DNA of 64,000 nt from Candidatus Chisholmbacteria bacterium RIFCSPHIGHO2_01_FULL_52_32. GTDB lineage: Bacteria > Patescibacteriota > Microgenomatia > UBA1400 > Chisholmbacteraceae. Every line of letters starts with the position of its first letter. Position 1 is the first letter of the stretch. Below the pieces are notes generated by a model. It saw only the letters and a list, made by a program, of their open reading frames with translations, ran no database searches and was not told the DNA's origin. Both the position numbers and the translations under genes were made by a program. The stretch covers positions 522,681 to 586,680 of the forward strand of contig MHCJ01000003.1 of assembly GCA_001816585.1 (NCBI GenBank). Direction: 5' to 3'. Shown here piece after piece: positions 50,239 through 58,230 of the stretch.

Positions 50239-51318
50239 ATGAATTATGCAACATCCCGTATTTCGCACAATAAACCTTGTGTCGGCCGGGAAGAGTTGGA
50301 AGCTTTGCGCCAGGTGTTTGCCCGCCATTGGCTCATCAAAGGGGAAGAGGCGGAAAAGCTTGAACATACCGTCGCCAGGCTGGTGGGAGTAAAGTACGCC
50401 CTTGCCGTTAATAGCGGGCTTTCGGCACTCCATCTGGCTCTCCTTTCCCTTGGTGTTACGAAGGGTGATCAGGTTATCCTTCCCACGTATACCTGTGTTG
50501 CGCTTCTTCACGCCGTGAACTATGTAGGAGCTGTCCCAATCCTCGTTGATTCCAGCAAAGAGGGTTTCAATATGGATCCGGTTCTGGTTTCAAAGAGGTG
50601 TTCCAAACGAACGAAAGCAATTATTGTCCCCCACACCTTCGGTTTTCCGGCAGCCATCGACCGGATCCTTCAGTTACGTGTGCCTGTTATTGAGGATTGT
50701 GCACAGGGGCTCGGGAGTACCTACCTCGGAAAACCGCTCGGTTCCTTCGGGGATATTAGTGTTTTCTCCTTCTACGCAACGAAGGTAGTTGCTACGGGGC
50801 AAGGGGGTATGTTGGCAACGAATAACAAACGCTACTTTCAAACTGCTTGTGATCTGGTACACCCTGGCATTGGGGCAACCTATCGCGCACGTTATAACTA
50901 TCTGATGCCTGATGTTGCAGCCGCGATCGGCAATTCGCAACTTCCAAAGCTTCGATCGTTTATCTCCCGTAGGAAAGCCATTGCTGCCAGTTATCGAGCC
51001 GTTTTACAAAAGAAATCGTCTCTCTCATTCGTTCCCGGGAAAAAGGATACTCACGTCAATCATTTTCGTTTCATTATCCGATTTCGGAATGAAGGAGCTA
51101 GAGACACTGCACGAAAGGTTCTTTTAAAAAAGGGAATTGCATCGATTCCCCCAATTTCGAGAGATGAACTGCTTCACCGTCTTTTAAAGCTACCAGACCA
51201 CTCCTTCCCATATGCCGAACGATTGGCAGAGACAGCGTTATCCCTTCCTATCTATCCATGTCTTCGTGATACCGAGGTTGGGAGAATTGTCCGGGCGCTT
51301 CACTCACTTCCCTTGTAG
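50239..51318 (+). CDS. DegT/DnrJ/EryC1/StrS aminotransferase
   Basis: NSG..ALHLAL, IEDCAQ, FSFYATK, GQGG, LSLPIYP. Confidence 0.93.
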   Translation: MNYATSRISHNKPCVGREELEALRQVFARHWLIKGEEAEKLEHTVARLVGVKYALAVNSGLSALHLALLSLGVTKGDQVILPTYTCVALLHAVNYVGAVPILVDSSKEGFNMDPVLVSKRCSKRTKAIIVPHTFGFPAAIDRILQLRVPVIEDCAQGLGSTYLGKPLGSFGDISVFSFYATKVVATGQGGMLATNNKRYFQTACDLVHPGIGATYRARYNYLMPDVAAAIGNSQLPKLRSFISRRKAIAASYRAVLQKKSSLSFVPGKKDTHVNHFRFIIRFRNEGARDTARKVLLKKGIASIPPISRDELLHRLLKLPDHSFPYAERLAETALSLPIYPCLRDTEVGRIVRALHSLPL

Positions 51319-51372
51319 ATTTCGTACAGGTGCGACCTGCAATAATTTCAGTTAAAAGTTTAAAGTGAAAAG

Positions 51373-51963
51373 TTAAAAGTTATCCACCCTCTCAGCAAAG
51401 ACCAGGAGGCGTTTGAGGGCGGTACCGATAGGGGTGCAGGTTTGGAGAACTAGTTGGTTTCGCTTTTGCTCCGTTAAGTACTTCACTTCGTTTGGCCAAA
51501 CTGTTTTTTTCTCGCGGACACGGTAGACAATATCCTTTCCCTTATACGTCACAATGATTTGATCACCCTCTTTTACCCTTCCGAGGCGGAAGAAGGCGGT
51601 GTTGTAGCGGGTCATGCGCCACGGGAGATCGGAAGAGTGGGCAAAAAGATACATCAAACCGGATTGGTTGGGAACGGCCGAGCCGGTGGCATGAGCAACC
51701 CCGTTTTTCAGCGCTTCTACGTAGAGCCTTTGGTTCCAGGGATCTACGTTTTCGACCACAGGGCTGTTGATTCCGATCGTCGGGATACGGATATTGAAAA
51801 CTTCTGAAGTTGCAGTTTGTGTGATGACATTTGTTGTTCTATATGTATACTCTTCCTTGATGATAGGGAAAAATATAATAAGCGCAAAAACCATAGACAA
51901 CCCCATGAGAACGTTGCCTATGGTTGAAAGAGTTTGAGGGGTTCTTTTGCTGGTCTTTCCCAT
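51373..51963 (-). CDS. Sortase
   Basis: GVAH, LFAHS, LQTC.P, KRL; paralog of 23482-24093; start at MGKTSK. Confidence 0.9.
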   Translation of the reverse strand: MGKTSKRTPQTLSTIGNVLMGLSMVFALIIFFPIIKEEYTYRTTNVITQTATSEVFNIRIPTIGINSPVVENVDPWNQRLYVEALKNGVAHATGSAVPNQSGLMYLFAHSSDLPWRMTRYNTAFFRLGRVKEGDQIIVTYKGKDIVYRVREKKTVWPNEVKYLTEQKRNQLVLQTCTPIGTALKRLLVFAERVDNF

Positions 51964-52013
51964 GATAGAAGGGTGAATTGTAGAAGAAGTGAAGCGAAAA
52001 AGCAAAAGAACCT

Positions 52014-53174
52014 TTACGCTTTCCTAGAAATGAGGGCGAGTCTTGTCGGAGATCGTCCGGCCCGAAGCCGGAGGTAGAGTCCGAAGAGGAACATGGCAAC
52101 ATTTGCCAAAAGCAAAAGTAAAAGGGCGAGGTTCCCGGTTGCCGGCAGGATTGATCCCGTTGCCATTGCCAGAGTCTGGCCATTGCCGTTGCCATTTCCG
52201 TTCCCGTTTCCATTCCCATTGCTGCTGCCGTTACCATTTTGGCTTCCGCTGCCACCCGTTCCCGGTTGGGGCGGTGTTGGTGGCGGGGTTGGGGTCGGCG
52301 GGTCTGCCGGATCAAAGGGATCGCAGCAGCCAACATCGACACCGCCCCGGTTGATCGGGCCGTTGTGGACCGATATCCCGAAGACGATGTCGCCGGTTTT
52401 CATCGTGACGTCACCGTTGTTGCCGTTGGCCTCATTCCTTCCGGTGTTCAGGTCGAAGAAGATATTGTTTAAGATATTTGCAAGGCTCAGTTTCTCGATT
52501 GAGGTTTCATTGGAAAGTGACAGACCGATTGAGTTTTTCGAATCTACTCCGTTGCCACTGATCAAGAGCGCGATATCCGTAAATCCGCCGACTGCGGCAT
52601 GTATGTTTTCCTGATTCGCTTCGTTGTTGATCTCGACTCCCCCGGTAATATTTCCGGTTTCGATGGTGACGTTGCCGTTGTTGTTGTTGGCTTTGTTCTC
52701 ACCGGTGTTGGCGCTTCCGATAACCGTGTTTTGGACGTTGGCCGTCTGATAGACAGAGATATTTGTTTGATCGGTCAGCGTGAGATCAATGGCATTCGTT
52801 GAATCGGAGCCATTCCCATCAATCGTTGCGGAGAGATCCCCCTGCGGGCAGCAGCCCGTGTCGATTGTTGAGGTATTGAGCTGGTTATCAATCGTCGTTT
52901 GGGTTTCAATGCTGCCGGTTTGAATGTCTGTATCTCCGCCCGTGTTTGACGAGGCCTCATTCCCGCCGGTATTGGCGCTGGTGTTGACCTCATTTGAAAC
53001 ATTGGCATCGTTTGTTTGGGTGACTGTGGTTTCCGAGGTTACCGTGGTTGAGATTTCATTTGAAGAGCCATCCCCGTTTCCGGAGATGACAAACTCCTCG
53101 GCACGGACGGGGGTAGAGACAAGGGCAGTGGTAAAGAGGAGCGCTGAGAGCGCAAGCAATACTCTTTTTGCCAT
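52014..53174 (-). CDS. Sortase substrate with 3 Asn/Gly/Thr repeat units and LPATG
   Basis: Signal peptide; ISGNG..S.N...NTG.N.A repeats; Pro/GN linker; LPATG-TM-basic tail. Confidence 0.88.
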   Translation of the reverse strand: MAKRVLLALSALLFTTALVSTPVRAEEFVISGNGDGSSNEISTTVTSETTVTQTNDANVSNEVNTSANTGGNEASSNTGGDTDIQTGSIETQTTIDNQLNTSTIDTGCCPQGDLSATIDGNGSDSTNAIDLTLTDQTNISVYQTANVQNTVIGSANTGENKANNNNGNVTIETGNITGGVEINNEANQENIHAAVGGFTDIALLISGNGVDSKNSIGLSLSNETSIEKLSLANILNNIFFDLNTGRNEANGNNGDVTMKTGDIVFGISVHNGPINRGGVDVGCCDPFDPADPPTPTPPPTPPQPGTGGSGSQNGNGSSNGNGNGNGNGNGNGQTLAMATGSILPATGNLALLLLLLANVAMFLFGLYLRLRAGRSPTRLALISRKA

Positions 53175-53234
53175 GTTAGTTGCTTGTAGCTTGTAGCTTG
53201 TAGTCCTTCGACTTTGCTCAGGACAAGTGCTTTC

Positions 53235-55433
53235 TTAGGAATGGGCGAGGGGCAGTCTGCGTCTTAGGATGATAAAGAGAATTGCGAGCGGGATGAGACC
53301 GAGGAGCCAGGCAAGGTTCAGGTTCAGGACCTTGTTTCCTCCGGTCCCGGCTTCTGCGGCAGCTTCTTCTGTTTGCGAACCTTGGAGGGCACCGGCTACC
53401 AGCGACAGGAACGGATTTCCGGTTCGGACTGCGACCGTTGTGATTGTTCCGCCGCTGCCGGATGTTGTTTGGCTGGTACCCCCGCTATCTCCACTGCTGC
53501 TTCCGCCCCCGCTTCCGGATGAACTGGTTGATCCAGCATTCTGAGCTGAAGCCCCGCCAGTTCCCGGCTGATCTGCGATCGGATCGTGATTCTCTTTTGT
53601 ACTCCCCGGTGTGACAAAGTCCCCGAACCAGCTGCCGAAGACGTTGACGACGGTCACGAACAGCTTGCCGCCGCCAATGATGTTGTTGTTGACGAAGTTG
53701 ACAAGGTTGGCGATGACCTTGGCGTCACCCGTCGTGATTGAAGAATTTCCGCCGGTGTTTCGGGAAGCAGAGTTGCCGCCGGTGTTGGCAGAGAGATTGA
53801 GGTTGTTCGTGATATTGGCGGTATTGTTTTGGACGATCGTGTTATTTGATTCTTGGTTTATGGTGGCGTTGTTCGTAGAGTCGGACCCGTTCCCAGAATT
53901 GACCGCAGTGATCTCTCCCACCTCATTGATCGTGAACTCCGTACCGGCAGATCCTGCGAAGTTGGCGCCGTCGGGCGCGCCCAAGATCTTACCGATCCAT
54001 TGACCGGCTTCATTGACGATCACCAGCCACCAATTGCCGCCGATCACGTTTGAGTTTGCAATATTGAGGACCTGGGCATCGATTGAGGCGTCTCCAGTAG
54101 TCACCGAAGAGGTTCCGCCGGTGTTGCTGCTTGTCGAATTATCGCCGGTAGTTGCTGACAACCACAAGGCGTTGCTTATGTCAGCGGTGTTGAATTGGGA
54201 CACATCGTTTGAGGTGGTTTGCGTTACCTCTGCGGTGTTGGTTGATCCCGAACCGTTATCGAGATTTGCGACGTCAATCCCATAGGCCAGGAGCTCCTCC
54301 GGAAAGATGATGTCGCCGATAAGGTCTCCGAAGATATTGACGACAGCGTAGTAAACGTCTCCGGCGAGGTTGTTGTTGGCGAACGTCAGTGAGTTTGCCG
54401 ATACATTGGCGTCTCCGGTTACAATGGTAGAATCTCCACCTGTGTTCTTGTCGGTATCATTCTCGCCGCTATTCGATTCAAGCGTCATGGTATTCTCGAC
54501 CGTTGCGTCGTTGGTTTGAAAGGTCGCGTCGTTTACGGTTTGATCAACAGTTCCGGTGTTCGTCGAATCGCTCCCATTGCCGGAATTGACAACCTCTGTC
54601 GGCGTTCCGGCTGTGCAGCCGCCAATGATGCAGCTTGTGCTAAAGTCGAGGACAATGTCGCCGATATGGTCATCAGCGATGTTGAACTCGGCAACCGCCA
54701 CGCCATCGATGTTGGTGTTGACCGCGGTTATCAATGTTCCGGTGGTGTTGGCATCACCGGTTTCAATGGTTGAATTCCCGACGTTTTTGGAAGCGGAGTT
54801 GTCGCCGGTATTCGTATCGAGGTCGAGGTTATTCCCAACCGTTGCGCTGTTATTTTGGTTCGTGGTGGAATCATCTGAGATGGTTGCCGATCCGGTATTG
54901 GTTGAGCCCGAGCCATTCCCGTCGTTGATCACCGATATCCCGCCCGGGTCACTTCCGAGTGGTGTTAGTGAGGCGTTGGAGTTTGCCGAGGTGGTGACGG
55001 CTCCGGTTGTCGTTGCATTTCCTGTGTCGACTGCTGTATCTCCGACATTGCCATCTGCCGTTTCACCTTCTGAATCGCTCTCCTCGGAGGTCGTTTCGTC
55101 TTCGGATGTCTGTTCCGACTCATCTGAATTCCAGTCGTGTTCATCGTCATTTCCAGACCACTCTTCGTCTTCATTTGACTGCGAAGTTGAGTCTTCCAGC
55201 GTGGGTGCGTCCGGAGCGGTCGGGGCTTCCGGGGCGGTCGGGGCTTCCGGAGCAGAGGGTGCGGTTGGGGCTTCAGCCGTTGTGGCATCGGAAGAGGTCG
55301 GCGCAGTCGGAGCTTCCGGCGCTGTCGGAGCAGTCGGGTAATCGAAGGCCCATACGGGAGCAACACGCATTCCTACCAAGAGGATGATTGCGGCTATTGA
55401 GATGAGTTTGGACAATTTCCTGCTGTGCATCAC
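53235..55433 (-). CDS. Secreted protein with ~4.5 Asn/Gly/Thr repeat units and C-terminal TM
   Basis: APTAPE repeats, acidic linker, repeat units, TM + RRR. Confidence 0.85.
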   Translation of the reverse strand: MMHSRKLSKLISIAAIILLVGMRVAPVWAFDYPTAPTAPEAPTAPTSSDATTAEAPTAPSAPEAPTAPEAPTAPDAPTLEDSTSQSNEDEEWSGNDDEHDWNSDESEQTSEDETTSEESDSEGETADGNVGDTAVDTGNATTTGAVTTSANSNASLTPLGSDPGGISVINDGNGSGSTNTGSATISDDSTTNQNNSATVGNNLDLDTNTGDNSASKNVGNSTIETGDANTTGTLITAVNTNIDGVAVAEFNIADDHIGDIVLDFSTSCIIGGCTAGTPTEVVNSGNGSDSTNTGTVDQTVNDATFQTNDATVENTMTLESNSGENDTDKNTGGDSTIVTGDANVSANSLTFANNNLAGDVYYAVVNIFGDLIGDIIFPEELLAYGIDVANLDNGSGSTNTAEVTQTTSNDVSQFNTADISNALWLSATTGDNSTSSNTGGTSSVTTGDASIDAQVLNIANSNVIGGNWWLVIVNEAGQWIGKILGAPDGANFAGSAGTEFTINEVGEITAVNSGNGSDSTNNATINQESNNTIVQNNTANITNNLNLSANTGGNSASRNTGGNSSITTGDAKVIANLVNFVNNNIIGGGKLFVTVVNVFGSWFGDFVTPGSTKENHDPIADQPGTGGASAQNAGSTSSSGSGGGSSSGDSGGTSQTTSGSGGTITTVAVRTGNPFLSLVAGALQGSQTEEAAAEAGTGGNKVLNLNLAWLLGLIPLAILFIILRRRLPLAHS

Positions 55434-55515
55434 GGTTATGAATAAAGAATTATGAATGATGAATTATGAATCAACTTTTAACTTTTCACTTTACACTTTT
55501 AATTTGATATTCCCT

Positions 55516-55567
55516 TGGGCTGTGGGGCCCCGCAAATAGCTTCGTCAGCGGGGCTCCCACAAACCCA
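55516..55567 (-). other. GC-rich hairpin directly after the 430-aa gene
   Basis: TGGG..TGTGGG.GCCCCGC / GCGGGGCCCCACA.CCCA inverted repeat. Confidence 0.7.
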
Positions 55568-55574
55568 TAAGGAT

Positions 55575-56867
55575 TTACGCTAACCCGAGGAGGTCCAATA
55601 GGTCGCTCAGATCAAGCGTTATGTTGATCGAGAACCCTCCCAGCCATTCCGGGAGCTCCCATTCGGGTGTTTCGCCGTAGACATTGGCATTTCCGGTATT
55701 TTCCAAATCAACGTCGACGGTGGCATCACCTGTCTCGACGGTCGGATCATCTCCCGGATCACCGGTGTTGTCCTCGGCTTCGTTGTCGCCGGTATCAGCG
55801 TCTGCCCAAACCTTATTATCGACTTCACATTCCTCTCGTCCATGATTTGTTTGAGCATCCAGTCCCAAATCGTCACAATTTCCTTGGAAAACTGCGAGTT
55901 CGTCCTCAAGCTCAAGCTCAATTTCGTTATCGGAGTCTTCTCCATTGCCGGCGATCTTGGCCAAAACATCAAACAGACAGCCGCAATCTACGTCTGCCCA
56001 GTTGAAGTTGACCATGTTGTCGATGTCAACGGTTGCCTCGGCATCACCGGTATCGATCAAGACCGATCCGCCGGTGTTATCCTCGGCGTCATTGTCTCCG
56101 GTGTCGGCATCCGCGCTCACTTTGTTGTAGATATCAGCAAAGTTGCTTTGGACGACTGCCAGTTCTTTTTCGAGTTCGATTTCGATCTCGTTATCACTGT
56201 CAGATCCATTGCCGATGATGCGCGCACTCAGGGTGCTTTCGCCATCGCTGCCTCCACCCACTCGGGCGGAGTTTGCGTTCGCGGATGTTGACAACGTCAC
56301 GCCAACCGTAGCGCTGCCGGTTTTGATTTCGACATCGCCGCCGGTATTGTCTTCTGCTTCGTTGTCACCGGTGTCGGCATCTGCATAGACTTTGTTGTCG
56401 ATCTCGGCTACGTTCGATTGGAAAACTGATATTCCTGTGTCTTTTTTCCAGGAATCATTGACTTCCACTTCGACTTCGTTATCCGAGCCTTCTCCGTTGC
56501 CTTCGATCAGAACATCAACGTCACCTGCCTGGCAACAATCAACGCTGGCAACATTGCTGTTTGCCTCGTTCTTGACATCTACGGTTGTCTCGGCATCGCC
56601 GGTATCAATTTTAACGTCGCCTCCGGTATTCCCTTCAGCATCGTTTCCACCGGTATCGGCGTCAGCATGGACTTCGTTGTAGATATCTGCATTATTGCTC
56701 TGAACGACTGTGGTTGACTGTTCCACTTCAACCTCTGCCTCATTGTCTGAATCGGAACCGTTCCCGGAGATCACGACTGTGTAATCAGCGAAAACCGGAA
56801 GGGCGGTATTGAAGAGTAAGGCACCGGTTGCAATTGCCGTTGCAAATTTCTTTTGCAATTTAGTCAT
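55575..56867 (-). CDS. Highly acidic secreted protein with 4 repeat units (probable major subunit)
   Basis: Signal peptide ending VFA; 4x I.GNG..SDNE...ADADTG.N.AE.NTG; strong SD AAGGGAGGTG. Confidence 0.88.
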   Translation of the reverse strand: MTKLQKKFATAIATGALLFNTALPVFADYTVVISGNGSDSDNEAEVEVEQSTTVVQSNNADIYNEVHADADTGGNDAEGNTGGDVKIDTGDAETTVDVKNEANSNVASVDCCQAGDVDVLIEGNGEGSDNEVEVEVNDSWKKDTGISVFQSNVAEIDNKVYADADTGDNEAEDNTGGDVEIKTGSATVGVTLSTSANANSARVGGGSDGESTLSARIIGNGSDSDNEIEIELEKELAVVQSNFADIYNKVSADADTGDNDAEDNTGGSVLIDTGDAEATVDIDNMVNFNWADVDCGCLFDVLAKIAGNGEDSDNEIELELEDELAVFQGNCDDLGLDAQTNHGREECEVDNKVWADADTGDNEAEDNTGDPGDDPTVETGDATVDVDLENTGNANVYGETPEWELPEWLGGFSINITLDLSDLLDLLGLA

Positions 56868-56879
56868 TTTTTCTGTTCA

Positions 56880-57089
56880 CCTCCCTTCAAACGAATTTTG
56901 CGAGTAATCTCGCAATCTCCTTCGATTTCACTCAGGACAGGCCTTCGACTCCGCTCCCTCCTTCTCCGCCAGCTGGCGGATCAGGGTCGTTTCCAGGAGG
57001 TCCTGGAAACGAAAACGGAGGCCTTGTTACCCCCCTTCCCTCTTAAGGAAAGAGTTTTTGAGATAACAGTGCCTCCGTTTGCGGTTGGC
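56880..57089 (-). promoter_or_regulatory. Structured leader with conserved hairpin motif and competing long stem
   Basis: GCCAACCGCAAACGGAGGCA (57089-57070); AAACGGAGGC pairs with GCCTCCGTTT (57022-57013) followed by a U-rich run; further perfect hairpins. Confidence 0.72.
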
Positions 57090-57156
57090 TATCTGATCTT
57101 TAGTTTTTAAATATCGGTCTTATTGATACTATTTTATAGTATCTTTTTCACTGTCT

Positions 57157-57345
57157 TTATTGCTTTTGAAATCCTTTTTTGATTCCAAAACCGTTGGTTT
57201 TTTTGATATTGCGTACAGTGATCTGTGTAACTGTGGAATTCTGGACGTAAATCTCAACACTGCCGTATGCATCAATGCTTTTTAGGGCTCTTGATACTTC
57301 TTCAATAAGCGACCTCGTGATTCGCTTCGTCGAATAATCGGCCAT
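57157..57345 (-). CDS. DUF2292/YezD-like small protein
   Basis: ALKSI..YGSVEIYVQNSTVTQI.....K pattern; own promoter TTGACA-N17-TATAGT (57446-57418). Confidence 0.75.
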   Translation of the reverse strand: MADYSTKRITRSLIEEVSRALKSIDAYGSVEIYVQNSTVTQITVRNIKKTNGFGIKKGFQKQ

Positions 57346-57480
57346 TGTAACCAATGGATCCAACATCTTGCTTACGGGGCAGGTTTTTCTTGAGATCTTT
57401 GGGAAAGACTCATAAAAACTATATATTCTCCAATATCCTTTGTCAAGAGTGACTTTTTTTCAATTACTCTCGGCTAATTC

Positions 57481-58230
57481 TTAAAAATTCAGTTCCACTT
57501 TTTGTTTTTCTCCCTGAATCTCTCCGACATAGATTGCCAGGTTTTTATCCGTGTCGTTTATGGGAAATCCAACTCTGGTGAACTTGGTTGAGTCAGCCTG
57601 GACCTGAACCGGATCGTTGTGAATGTCCGGGGCGAGCTTCTCGCCCTCATTGTTGTTAACGGTCAGACGAACGTAATTCTTGCTGTCTACTTCGATCGAC
57701 TGGTTATATGAATTGGTGATTTTTAGGGTTAGGATAAGGAATGTTCTGCCTCTCACCGAAGTTGCACGTTGGCCTTTGACAATGATTTCATCCCGAAGCT
57801 CCGCATTCTCAAAGGTGAATTTGATCTTACTCACTTCTTCTCCGCTAGCATCCTTTAACGGAAACTCAAAATCACGGTTAAGGGCGATTGCGGCTTTGGC
57901 TCCGGCAACCTGGACCCGCTTGTCCTGAAAGCCATTCTTCAGCCCCGAGCCCAGCTTTCCCCCTCTTTTCAGTATCAAGCCGATGCCGATGAGTAGGAGA
58001 ACAATAATCAGCGCAAGAAAAACTTTTTTATTGAATTTGATGTTCCTTCGCTTCATTCTTTGGGAAAGTATGTCCAAGCGTTCTCGAATGGAGGATTTTC
58101 GAACCGTTTGGGTCAGCGGAGTAAAGAAAGCGGTAACACCGAGTTTGATTTGGGCCCAACTGACACGGAATCCGTTTGTGGCAAACGGTATACCTTGCAA
58201 AGTTTCTGAAGATGTTAATTTTCTTTGCAT
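57481..58230 (-). CDS. Membrane-anchored Ig-like (DUF4352-like) protein
   Basis: TM then G.TFLILTLKITN...; promoter TTGACA-N18-TAGTAT (58312-58283). Confidence 0.7.
   Translation of the reverse strand: MQRKLTSSETLQGIPFATNGFRVSWAQIKLGVTAFFTPLTQTVRKSSIRERLDILSQRMKRRNIKFNKKVFLALIIVLLLIGIGLILKRGGKLGSGLKNGFQDKRVQVAGAKAAIALNRDFEFPLKDASGEEVSKIKFTFENAELRDEIIVKGQRATSVRGRTFLILTLKITNSYNQSIEVDSKNYVRLTVNNNEGEKLAPDIHNDPVQVQADSTKFTRVGFPINDTDKNLAIYVGEIQGEKQKVELNF

Noticed and set aside
52043-56682. Long antisense ORFs over the repeat-protein genes (also over 25050-30122 and 59393-60775)
   Set aside because: Shadow frames of low-complexity, codon-biased real genes; no motifs or initiation signals
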